Positions 26,673 to 38,339 of a DNA stretch of 64,000 bases are shown one piece after another; within the stretch, counting starts at the first letter, position 1, and each line of letters begins with the position of its first letter. A program made the position numbers and the translations under genes. The stretch spans positions 124,001 through 188,000 of the forward strand of contig NIVC01000385.1 in NCBI GenBank assembly GCA_002269645.1, given 5' to 3'. This DNA comes from Macrostomum lignano (taxonomy: Eukaryota). The notes under the pieces are model-generated. The model searched no databases. It worked only from the letters and a program-made list of their open reading frames with translations, and was not told the origin of the DNA.

Positions 26673-27506
26673 AGCATTGAATTTTCAGTAATTCTCTCTA
26701 AGAGTCATTATAGCACTACTACAGCATTATAGCGATTCCCTGCAAGCCTCGACATCGTAGGGATTCCCAAATGAATCTCTTAACTTTGACATGAAGCTTC
26801 TTTTATTTTTACATTACGCTTTTTCTATCAGCGAGCCCTGAGGAGTCAACAAATAATGGAATAAAAAGTTTTCAATAAACTACATGTAGCTTCTGACTTA
26901 AGCCTTGAAATCTTATTTATACCCCCGTGAGCCTTGACATCTCAGCTATTCCCCCCGTAAGCCTTGACATGTCAGCGATGCCCCCCATAAATCTTGAAAT
27001 CTAAAAAATCCCTTGTTAACCTTGAAACCCGATAAAATATAACCCTCAACCCACACTTGACCTAAACCTAACTTTAACCCAACCTAAAGCCTTAAAAACT
27101 CAGCAATTCTTCTCCCCTAAGCCTTGGAATTTTAGTGATTCCTTCTTTAAGAATCACAGCACTATAACGATTTCCACCAAGCTTTGACATCGTAGCAATT
27201 CCCAAATGAATCTTTTAACTTCGACATGACTTTTCTTTTATGTATACATAGTGCTACTTTTATTTTTTACATGACTCTTCTTCTATCAGCGCCCCCCCCG
27301 TGGCGAGCCAACAAAGAATGTAATTAAAAAATTGAGTAAAGTACATGAACTTTGAAGTAGCTTCTGACTTTTGCTTTGACATCTCAGAACCCCCCCCCTG
27401 TAATCTCAGTTATTCTCTGTGAGCCTTGACGTCTCAGTAATTCTCCCCAGAACAGTGCTGTACTATAGCTTCATTTAATTTTTATATGACACCTTTCATG
27501 TCTGAC

Positions 27507-29165
27507 ATGACGCTTCTTTTGATTTTCACATGACGCTTCTTATATTCTTCCATTTTGCTTCTTAATTTTTTTAATGACACTTTCATTAGTTTTTATATGA
27601 GGCTTCTATGATTTTTTCATGACGCTTCTATGATTTTTACACGACGCTTCTATGATTTTTTCATGACGCTTCTATGATTTTTTCATGACGCTTCTATGAT
27701 TTTTTACATGACGCTTCTATGATTGTTTACATGACGCGTCTATAATTGTTTATATGACGCTTCTATGATTTTTATATGACGCTTCTACGATTGTTTACAT
27801 GACGCTTCTATGATTTTTATATGGCGCTTCTACAATTGTTAACATGACGCTTCTATAATTTTTTACATGACGCTTCTATGATTTTTTACATGACGCTTCT
27901 ATGATTTTTATATGGCGCTTCTACAATTGTTAACATGACGCTTCTATAATTTTTTACATGACGCTTCTATGATTTTTTACATGACGCTTCTATGATTGTT
28001 TACATGACGCGTCTATAATTGTTTATATGACGCTTCTATGATTTTTATATGACGCTTCTACGATTGTTTACATGACGCTTCTATGATTTTTATATGGCGC
28101 TTCTACAATTGTTAACATGACGCTTCTATAATTTTTTACATGACGCTTCTATGATTTTTTACATGACGCTTCTATGATTTTTATATGGCGCTTCTACAAT
28201 TGTTAACATGACGCTTCTATAATTTTTTACATGACGCTTCTATGATTTTTTACATGACGCTTCTATGATTTTTCATGACGCTTCTATGATTTTTTTATGA
28301 CGTTTCTATGATTTTTACATGACGCTTCTATGATTTTTTACATGACGCTTCTATAATTTTTTACATGACGCTTCTATGATTTTAACATGACGCTTCTATA
28401 ATTTTTTACATGACGCTTCTATGATTTTTTACATGACGCTTCTATGATTGTTTACATGACGCTTCTACGATTTTTTATGACGTTTCTATGATTTTTACAT
28501 GACGCTTCTATGATTTTTTACATGACGCTTCTATGATTCTTACATGACGCTTCTATGATTTTTTCATGACGTTTCTATGATTTTTACATGACGCTTCTAT
28601 GATTTTTACATGACGCTTCTCTGATTTTTACATGACGCTTCTCTGATTTTTACATGACGCTTCTATGATTTTTACATGACGCTTCTATGATTTTACATGA
28701 CGCTTTTATGATTTTTTTATGACGTTTCTATGATTTCTACATGACGCTTCTATGATTTTTTACATGACGCTTCTATGATTCTTACATGACGCTTCTATGA
28801 TTTTTTCATGACGTTTCTATGATTTTTACATGACGCTTCTCTGATTTTTACATGACGCTTCTCTGATTTTTACATGACGCTTCTCTGATTTTTACATGAC
28901 GCTTTTATGATTTTTACATGACGCTTCTATGATTTTACATGACGCTTCTATGATTTTTCATGACGCTTTGATGATTTTTTTATGACGTTTCTATGATTTT
29001 TACATGACGCTTCTATGATTTTTTACATGACGCTTCTATGATTGTTTACATGACGCTTCTATGATTTTTTCATGACGTTTCTATGATTTTTACATGACGC
29101 TTCTATGATTTTTACATGACGCTTCTATGATTTTTACATGACGCTTCTATGATTTTACATGACGC
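27507..29165. repeat. Minisatellite array, 21-23-bp unit CATGACGCTTCTATGATTTTTA (about 70 copies)
   Basis: Read directly; located inside Helitron copy A. Confidence 0.95.
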
Positions 29166-30007
29166 AATTCTTTTTAAAAAGTCTTTCAGTTTTCCTGACG
29201 ATGAAAAGCTTTAATTAAAAAAATTATACTCTATGAAAATTCGAACCACCGTCGCTGCATTTAGCAGTTCAGTCTGTTTACCTCTAGGCTAGCTCTCATC
29301 GTTTTGATAACATCAAATTTTGCACTTATATAATTCAACACTTTAAAATCCAAGCATAGAGTAAATCACACGAAGCAGTTATGACATAATCAGTTTCTCA
29401 GTCAGTCAGTATCAGTTAACAATATGGTTACGCAATTTAAATCAAGTCTGGTGCTACGCTTCCACACTGCATTTTCAATTCAAGTCGGAGTTACAATTCA
29501 GTGATGATGCAATCTATTTCAGAATCAGAATCAACCAGTCAGTTTTTTCTCTAGCATTCTTACAATGCATTTCAAGTCGAAAAGTTTGCTTGACCTTTGC
29601 AAAAAAGCATGTTTTTCGAATATTTAATGCCTTTAGCATCGAGCAATTTCTTAGCCACGATGCATGTACCGTCACAGGAAAATTTCTGATCGAACAGTGC
29701 AAATTCGAACAAAATCGGTCAAGCCATTCAGGAGAAAATCGATTTCGTACAAACAAACAAACATCACATTTTTAGTATATGGACTAGCAATCTACGCCCC
29801 CCGTTGGGGAGCCAAAGAAATGCAATACACGTTTTTTTAATAAGCTACATGTATCCTTGAAATCCTAAAAAATCTTCTGTCAAACCTTGTAAGCCTTGAC
29901 ATGTCAGTTATCCCCCCCCCACAAGCTTTAACATATCAACTTCCCCCCTTGACATCTCAGCAATGCCCCCAATAAGCCTTGGAAATCTAAAAATATCTGT
30001 CAACCTT

Positions 30008-30063
30008 CTAACCCTAACCCTAGCCTAACCCTAACCCTAACCCTAACCCTAACCTAACCCTAA
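30008..30063. repeat. Interstitial telomere-like (CCCTAA)n tract, paralog of 26611-26672
   Basis: Read directly. Confidence 0.85.
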
Positions 30064-30924
30064 AGCATTGAAATTTCAGTAATTCTCTCTAAGAGTCATT
30101 ATAGCACTACTACAGCATTATAGCGATTCCCTGCAAGCCTCAACATCGTAGGGATTCCCAAATGAATCTCTTAACTTCGACATGAAGCTTATTTTATTTT
30201 TTACATTACGCTTTTTTATCAGCGATCCCTCCCCTGAGGAGGCATCAAATAATGTAATAAAAAGTTTTCAATAAACTACATGTAGCTTCTGACTTTAGCC
30301 TTGAAATCTCATTTATACCCCCGTGAGCCTTGACATCTCAGCTATTCCCCCCGTAAGCCTTGACATGTCAGCAATGGCCCCCATAAACCTTGAAATCTAA
30401 AAAATCCCCTGTTAACCTTGAAACCCGATAAAATATAACCCTCAACCCACACCTGACCTAAACCTAACTTTAACCCAACCTAAAGCCTTGAAATCTCAGC
30501 AATTCTTCTCCCCTAAGCCTTGACATTTTAGTGATTCCTTCTTTAAGAATAACAGCACTATAACGATTTCCACCAAGCTTTGACATCGTAGCAATTCCCA
30601 AATGAATCTTTCAACTTCGACATGACTTTTCTTTTATGTATACATAGTGCTACTTTTATTTTTTACATGACTCTTCTTCTATCAGCGCCCCCCCCGTGAC
30701 ATGAACTTTGAAGTAGCTTCTGACTTTTGCTTTGACATCTCAGAAACCCCCCCCCCCGTAATCTCAGTTATTCTCTGAGAGCCTTTACGTCTCAGTTTTT
30801 CTCCCCAGCACAGCATTATAATTGCATTTAATTTTTACATGAACCCTTCATGTCTGACATGACGTTTTTTTATTCTACCGTGACGCTTCTTAATTTTTTA
30901 AATGACACTTTCATTAGTTTTTAA

Positions 30925-32141
30925 ATGAGGCTTCTATGATTTTTTCTTGACGCTTCTATGATTTTTACATGACGCTTCTATGATTTTTATATGACGCTTC
31001 TATGATTGTTTACATGACGCTTCTATGATTGTTTACATGACGCTTCTATGATTGTTTACATGACGCTTCTACGATTTTTTACATGACACTTCTATGATTG
31101 TTTACATGACGCTTCTATGATTTTTTACATGGCGCTTCTATGATTGTTTACATGACGCTTCTATGATTGTTTACATGACGCTTCTATGATTGTTTACATG
31201 ACGCTTCTACGATTTTTATATGACGCTTCTATGATTTTTTACATGGCGCTTCAATGATTTTTTAATGACGCTTCTATGATTTTTTACATGACGCTTCTAT
31301 GATTTTTTACATGACGCTTCTATGATTGTTTACATGACGCTTCTATGATTGTTTACATGACGCTTCTATGATTGTTTACATGACGCTTCTATGATTGTTT
31401 ACATGACGCTTCTATGATTGTTTACATGACGCTTCTATGATTGTTTACATGACGCTTCTATGATTGTTTACATGACGCTTCTATGATTGTTTACATGACG
31501 CTTCTATAATTGTTTACATGACGCTTCTATGATTTTTTAAATGACGCTTTTATGATTTTTTAAATGACGCTTCTATTATTTTTTAATGACGCTTCTATGA
31601 TTGTTTACATGACGCTTCTATGATTGTTTACATGACGCTTCTATGATTTTTTGAATGACGCTTCTATGATTTTTATATGACGCTTCTATGATTTTTTACA
31701 TGACGCTTCTACGATTTTTATATGACGCTTCTATGATTTTTTAAATGACGCTTTTATGATTTTTTAAATGACGCTTCTATTATTTTTTAATGACGCTTCT
31801 ATGATTGTTTAAATGACGCTTCTATGATTGTTTACATTACGCTTCTATGATTTTTTACATGACGCTTCTATGATTGTTTACATGACGCTTCTATGATTTT
31901 TTAAATGACGCTTCTATGATTTTTATATGACGCTTCTATGATTTTTTACATGACGCTTCTATGATTGTTTACATGACGCTTCTACGATTTTTTAAATGAC
32001 GCATCTATGATTTTTATATGACGCTTCTATGATTTTTTAAATGACGCTTCTATGATTGTTTACATGACGCTTCTATGATTTTTTTACATGACGCTTCTAT
32101 GATTTTGTAAATGACGCTTCTATGATTTTTACATGACGCTT
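30925..32141. repeat. Minisatellite array of the same 22-23-bp family (about 50 copies)
   Basis: Read directly; located inside Helitron copy B. Confidence 0.95.
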
Positions 32142-32851
32142 CTTTTTAAAAAGTCTTTTAGTTTTCCTGACGTTGAAAAGCTTTAATTAAAAAAATTATA
32201 CTCTATGAAAATTCGAACCATCGTCGCTGCATTTAGCAGTTCAGTCTGTTTACCTCTAGGCTAGCTCTCATCGTTTTGATAACATCAAAATTTGCACTTA
32301 TATAATTCAACACTTGAAAATCCAAGCATAGAGTAAATCACACGAAGCAGTTATGACATAATCAGTTTCTCAGTCAGTCAGTATCAGTTAACAATATGGT
32401 TACGCAATTTAAATCAAGTCTGGTGCTACGCTTCCACACTGCATTTTCAATTCAAGTCGGAGTTACAATTCAGTTATGATGCAATCTATTTCAGAGTCAG
32501 AATTCAACCAGTCAGTTTTTTCTCTAGCATTCTTACAATGCATTTCAAGTCGAAAAGTTTGCTTGACCTTTGCAAAAAAGCATGTTTTTCGAATATTTAA
32601 TGCCTTTAGCATCGAGCAATTTCTTAGCCACGATGCATGTACAGTCACGGGAAAATTTCTGATCGAACAGTGCAAGTTCGAACAAAATCGGTCCAGCCAT
32701 TTTTTCTCTAATCGATCACATAGACACAGACAGACCATTTTTAGTATATAGGAAACCATAGACTAGCTTGCAAAACCATGAGAACTACAAGACCAAAGAT
32801 CCCTTATGAGAATAGGGCTTTCCCAAAATGTCACATGGGAGTAGAAAGTGA

Positions 32852-33070
32852 CTAGCAATCAGCACCCCCATTGGGGAGCCAACAAAGAACAAAGAACGGG
32901 CTATATTTTTTTATAAACTACATATAGCTTTTAGTCTCAGCTTTGGCATCTCAGCTATTCTCCTCAGGAGTCACAGCATTATAGCTATTTCCCCTAAGCC
33001 TTGACATTGTAGCAATTCCCAACTGAATTTTCTATATGTTTGGCATGACACTTCTTTTATGCCTGAATAA
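32852..33070 (-). mobile_element. Truncated third Helitron 3' end
   Basis: ACTAGCAATCAGCACCCCCATTGGGGAGCC is a variant of the hairpin plus CTAG end, followed by diverged homology to copies A and B. Confidence 0.6.
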
Positions 33071-33434
33071 CACTTTTATATTTATTGTGATGCTTCCTTT
33101 ACTTCCTTTAGTTCATTTCCTGTTTAAGTCTAGTAAAAAATTATAGTGCTTCCCATGATTAATTTGAATAGGATACTTCTAATAAATTTTCAAAATAAAA
33201 GATATTGAGGCCAAGTTATTTTTTTACCTATTAACTCAAAAAGATACAGACATAATAGAAATTCCATAAAAATTCATCAGACATAAGCCAGAATCCAACT
33301 GCCTCAGGGTATGGCTGGGTACCAGAGTCAAGCCAATTCTCCAATGCTGTGCTCACATATGAGACTTCTTTTAAACTGCCATACTACTGCATGTATTATT
33401 TGCAAGTGCATTTCTCTTTGCAGCTCACCAGAGA

Positions 33435-33593
33435 ATGGGAAACACACCTGGCAGCGACAGTGGCAGATCGCGGCGACCTTCGTCTGGATTGGCGGAGAAT
33501 GCTGGCTACCAGCCCCCTTTGAAAAAGAAGCCACATGAAGACTCGCAAGATGGCCAATCGGACGGCTCTACTGATCTATCAGCTATTATTAAG
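33435..33593 (+). CDS. PRKAB: AMP-activated protein kinase beta subunit, exon 1
   Basis: MGNT myristoylation start; donor AAG|GTAAGT, phase 0. Confidence 0.8.
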
Positions 33594-33683
33594 GTAAGTT
33601 AATGCTACTCACACTACTCCTTGCTACTCATACTATTATTTATCCTTGTCCTATTGGTTTTTTCTTTTAAAGCTGGCGTCGGC

Positions 33684-33815
33684 AAACTCTATGCGGCCCC
33701 CGTATCCTTTAAAACTTTACAGTAGCAACCCGTCCCGCTCAAAGCTTATGTCTATTCTCAGCTCTTCTATTTTCTCTCTCCTCTCTTCCCTCCTCTCCTC
33801 CCTCGTCTCCCTTCT
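33684..33815 (-). mobile_element. Partial hAT MITE related to 8722-9182 (in AMPK-beta intron 1)
   Basis: GTCGGCAAACTC..GCGGCCC terminal motif followed by ...CAAAGCTT and a CT-rich tract. Confidence 0.45.
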
Positions 33816-33983
33816 AAAGTGAGTACTGCCAAAGCTTCACTGCACAACTGCTGCAAGCTTTTCTGCACTAAATTAATGCTAACTTTTCTTCCTAAACTCT
33901 ACTACAACTTACCTACAAGCAATCTTTAGTATATTGCCGTGAACAGTGTACAATAAAACACTATTTCAATAACATCCCACTAG

Positions 33984-34159
33984 AATGTCAGCGAAGAAGA
34001 GCATTTCCGCTTGCGAGCGGCCACTCTGAGCGAGAAGCCGGGCGATCACGTGACTGCCAGCAAATTGCCGACAGTATTCAAATGGGAAGGCGGCGGCAAG
34101 CAGGTGTTTCTTACCGGCAGTTTTAACTCTTGGCAGACCAAAATTCCTTTGGTGAAAAG
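33984..34159 (+). CDS. PRKAB: AMPK beta, exon 2 (start of the carbohydrate-binding module)
   Basis: cactag| acceptor; PTVFKWEGGGKQVFLTGSFNSWQTKIPLVK; donor AG|GTGAGT, phase 2. Confidence 0.92.
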
Positions 34160-35404
34160 GTGAGTCGTTTGGGGTGATGCTTAAAATGATTTTAGTTATT
34201 GAGCGGTCGCAACAACACAGTGAATTGATTCAGGATGAGATCGCCTGGAATAAGGGATTGGTCCTGTGCTTATTTATTTATTGAAAGATAACACGGCAGC
34301 AAAGAAATAATTCATAAATGAAAATTTATTTGAAGTCCCAAATCCGATTTGAACTGCATTTGCGAGATTACAAAAATGAGCATTTTTGTCACTAAATTGA
34401 CTATTTCTCACCAGGACGCCCATGCCCAGAGATAAAAAAGTGCTGCTATTTGGAGTTTCTCTTCAAGATGTACTTTTTCGAAATGTATTTTTTGATAGAT
34501 TTTTCACACCCAGAGATTGTCTTGTCTGTGGCAAAAATCAATGGACACAAAAGTTTCGAAAATTAGAAAACAAAAATAACAGGTAATTTTGCTTGCTTCC
34601 GGTCTACGCATGGGTTGAAAAATAGGATGCTATATGGATAGAAAGAATCAGTGCGATAAGATACAGTAGAAGTGCTGACTGATTTACGGACAAATCGTGT
34701 AGCTTCTTTACTGTAGTCTATCGGAAAGCTATAGAGCTAGCCAATCAAGCCTAAATTCAAAGTCACTTTTGTCAAATTCCAGGTTAAAAAAGTACATGTA
34801 CGAGCTAGTAAATTACTAGGAACGTATTTACTAGCTGACTTGTAAACCAACCTCCAACCAAACGCATAAGAAATTTATGTATATTGGATGTCCGTACACT
34901 GTAAATAAAAAGTAGCCGAAAAAGTAGCCTGAAGGGTGCCGGTTGTAAGTAGCCGGATAGGTGCCGAAAGTGTCCAATTTTCGGCGCCTTTTTCAATATT
35001 AGGGTGCCGCAAGCGGCTAATTCTAGGCTTTAAAAAGTGCCGCATGCAGCCACTTTTAGGTTAAAAAAGTAACCGCTTGTGACACTTTTTTGTAGAAAAG
35101 GGCGCCGAAAATTAGACACTTTCGGCACCTATCCGACTAATTACAACCGGCACCCTTTAGTCCACTTTTTGATGATTAAAATATGGCCCTTCCAAGAACT
35201 TACTCCTTCAATATCCTGAGCGTTTCAACTAACCAGCTTTCTTTCGGTCATTTGATGTATGTAGTTGGTTAGTTAGTTAATAATAGTGAAAAAAATCATT
35301 CAGTGGCAAATCTTGAGTGCATAATTTTTAAGGTTTGAAAAAAATAATGTAATTTTGAAGTTAAGCATATATTTAAAATTAGACACTGTTTTCAGCAAAT
35401 TGGG

Positions 35405-36251
35405 TTAGCTAGTAGCATGAAAAATTGCACAGAGAGCATGTTTAGCACCTTAAAAGAGTCAAGCAATGAAAATAAGAAATAGTACTTTAATTTTAGTCAG
35501 TGAACAACAAGGTTTAGCTAGTAGCATGAAAAATTGCACAGAGAGCATGTTTAGCACCTTAAAAGAGTCAAGCAATGAAAATAAGAAATAGTACTTTAAT
35601 TTTAGTCAGTGAACAACAAGGTTTAGCTAGTAGCATGAAAAATTGCACAGAGAGCATGTTTAGCACCTTAAAAGAGTCAAGCAATGAAAATAAGAAATAG
35701 TACTTTAATTTTAGTCAGTGAACAACAAGGTTTAGCTAGTAGCATGAAAAATTGCACAGAGAGCATGTTTAGCACCTTAAAAGAGTCAAGCAATGAAAAT
35801 AAGAAATAGTACTTTAATTTTAGTCAGTGAACAACAAGGTTTAGCTAGTAGCATGAAAAATTGCACAGAGAGCATGTTTAGCACCTTAAAAGAGTCAAGC
35901 AATGAAAATAAGAAATAGTACTTTAATTTTAGTCAGTGAACAACAAGGTTTAGCTAGTAGCATGAAAAATTGCACAGAGAGCATGTTTAGCACCTTAAAA
36001 GAGTCAAGCAATGAAAATAAGAAATAGTACTTTAATTTTAGTCAGTGAACAACAAGGTTTAGCTAGTAGCATGAAAAATTGCACAGAGAGCATGTTTAGC
36101 ACCTTAAAAGAGTCAAGCAATGAAAATAAGAAATAGTACTTTAATTTTAGTCAGTGAACAACAAGGTTTAGCTAGTAGCATGAAAAATTGCACAGAGAGC
36201 ATGTTTAGCACCTTAAAAGAGTCAAGCAATGAAAATAAGAAATAGTACTTT
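35405..36251. repeat. 109-bp tandem repeat, about 7.8 apparently identical copies
   Basis: AGTAGCATGA recurs at 35411, 35520, 35629 and onward to 36174. Confidence 0.97.
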
Positions 36252-36420
36252 TGATTTTGATTGATAATCAGTTGCTTTCAGTCCTTGTCAGTCAAGAAAT
36301 TATTTTTATAGTAGAATATGTATTTACCTAATGAATTTTTGCATACATTATTCTATGAAAGCAACCTGCTATCAATCACATGATCAGTCACAGGTTCAAA
36401 AGTCCTTCATTCAGTCACCT

Positions 36421-38103
36421 TCACGGAAGAATTCGTGAAACATTTTTCACGGTGGCATTGCGGGTCCGCTTGGGGTTTCGAAGTCCCATGAAAATTTCAA
36501 TTAGTTGAACTGCATTCTCAGTTTGGCAGTCATGCTTAAGATTTAGTGCCGGAAACACGAGTACATAAACTAAAATTGCTTCCAGTGCGGTGTCAGTTTT
36601 CACCAGATGGCCAGGCACAGCAACACCAGTCCAACGAGCATCGAAGTTCTCAGCCTGAATGCTGACAAGGCGCTTAGCATTGAAGAAGCCATCCAAAGAC
36701 ACAACTTTTGCTTTGATTGACAGCAGCATTAGGCCTCTTTTGACATTTGTATCAGAGTCATCACTGGACTCAAGATAGGGCCCGGCACGCTTGCACCTAG
36801 CAAACAAAGATGCACTGCGACCAAACCAAAGCAATAGAAATTTTAGGCGCTCAAATAAATATTCAACAGATGTGCTTGACTGTGGCAAGTAGTCACTGGA
36901 CTTGGCAGAGGTGTACAACTCAATGACGCGGAGTGCCTCATCACACAAAAGTTGAGGATGGCCCAACAATGGGTAACGTGACAGTTGCTGAGCAACTGTC
37001 ATGTACTGAGCAGCTTGCACACGGTGTTGGAAAGTTGTCTTCATCAGCTCAGATGCCGTCCCAATAGGAACAGTTAACTCGCCATTTGTAATCATCTCCT
37101 GCATTGCTGATTCAGTTGCATCACCATCCAGAGTCCCTTCTGGCCCATGATCTTCTATCATTGATGCCAGATCACTAGCTCGAACTTCGGACTCATCATC
37201 ATCATTGTTGTCATCGTCCTTATCATTGTCACTACTTTCAGATTGGCCAGCAGAAGGCAAATTTTCTTCAGCAGATTCAGGATCCAATTGAGGTGGCCGG
37301 CGGCGCTTAGATCCAGAGGCACAAGCCTCACCTTGTGATTCAGTGGCAGCAGCAGCATCAGAGCTTTTCCTCCCAAACTTTTCACGCATCTCCAAAATTT
37401 TTGGTGGCAGGTCAGAAGAATTGGTAAATGTGGTTTCACGCCAATTCCTGATGCGACGCCGAATTCCAATCCGCCAGAAGGTATGACCAAGTCCACCTTT
37501 GACAGGATTCCACCGTTCTGCATCAGCAAGATTAGGAAACTGTCCAACAATTGCACTTGAAAAGACTTTCATCTCTTTTGAGCTTAAGTGTGGTTTTGTT
37601 GCATTGATGTACTTTGTTGTGATGTCATTCATAATTGGCCTGAGCAGTGCATTCACAAAACCTTGATCATTCTTCAATACAGCAGCCTTCTCTTTTGTGT
37701 TTGCCTGGCTTATTTTCTCAACAAATGTCTCTGGATAGCTAGGCAGCTCATATGTGGCAGGGACTTCTTGGACTTGAACCTGTGAACTACTGGAAGTGTT
37801 TTCCTTATCAGGTCCCATTTCCTTGGAAACTGTTGATGGCTCAGGCTCTACATTTGAGGCTTTAAAAAGGAAGACCTGGCTGCTTGGATTATCGGCAGTG
37901 ATTGCTTTCCAAGTGTCAGAATCTGCAATTTCGAAGCCATCCTCTGTGCAAACAAGTGGGCTTGGCACATTGCTGATTCCTAGGGCTGTACATCCAGCAG
38001 TTACAAAATTGTCAAAGTCAGAATTTTGCAGGTTGATCAGAACTTTCTTCTCCTTTCCAACTGCAGAAATTTTGTACAATGGCATGAATTCAGCTGCGGG
38101 CAT
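36421..38103 (-). CDS. Transposon accessory protein (ORF2, 560 aa; SAMD3-like class with an N-terminal PB1/CIDE-N-like segment)
   Basis: Open 560-codon ORF downstream of the transposase and inside the TIRs. LVCTEDGFEIADSDTW resembles the CIDE-N/PB1 motif; acidic linker; C-terminal AILVYVLVFPALNLKH is like EnSpm-associated SAMD3-like proteins. Confidence 0.65.
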   Translation of the reverse strand: MPAAEFMPLYKISAVGKEKKVLINLQNSDFDNFVTAGCTALGISNVPSPLVCTEDGFEIADSDTWKAITADNPSSQVFLFKASNVEPEPSTVSKEMGPDKENTSSSSQVQVQEVPATYELPSYPETFVEKISQANTKEKAAVLKNDQGFVNALLRPIMNDITTKYINATKPHLSSKEMKVFSSAIVGQFPNLADAERWNPVKGGLGHTFWRIGIRRRIRNWRETTFTNSSDLPPKILEMREKFGRKSSDAAAATESQGEACASGSKRRRPPQLDPESAEENLPSAGQSESSDNDKDDDNNDDDESEVRASDLASMIEDHGPEGTLDGDATESAMQEMITNGELTVPIGTASELMKTTFQHRVQAAQYMTVAQQLSRYPLLGHPQLLCDEALRVIELYTSAKSSDYLPQSSTSVEYLFERLKFLLLWFGRSASLFARCKRAGPYLESSDDSDTNVKRGLMLLSIKAKVVSLDGFFNAKRLVSIQAENFDARWTGVAVPGHLVKTDTALEAILVYVLVFPALNLKHDCQTENAVQLIEIFMGLRNPKRTRNATVKNVSRILP

Positions 38104-38339
38104 TAATAATAAAATTTTGAAGTGATTAATTTCAGAGTTCAGACATTACTTAGACATTGGACATTAAGTAGACATTATATTGAAACAATAGTCTTAGGTC
38201 TTTCTTAGGAATTGTGGCCAGCAATTTTTTAAGATTTTTCTTATAACAAATTCATAATCTTGCTATATATCAAAACCATGATTCAATGCATATTCTTTTT
38301 CCACATTTAAAAACATAGTTTTAAGATTATGGACACTGA

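Larger units (their letters stand above)
25976..29783 (-). mobile_element. Non-autonomous Helitron, copy A
   Basis: On the minus strand the 5' end is TCCATATACTAAAAATG...(TTTG)n...GACCGATTTTG and the 3' end is a CCCC-AAC-GGGG hairpin about 11 nt before CTAG|T (25976-25979). Confidence 0.75.
29784..32753 (-). mobile_element. Non-autonomous Helitron, copy B, joined head-to-tail to copy A
   Basis: Same 3' hairpin plus CTAG (29784-29787); 5' TCCTATATACTAAAAATG with (CTGT)-like repeats. The ~570-bp block 32143-32700 is nearly identical to 29170-29740. Confidence 0.75.

Noticed and set aside
27507-36251. CRISPR-like appearance of the 22-bp and 109-bp arrays
   Set aside because: There are no unique spacers and no cas genes, and the context is eukaryotic.
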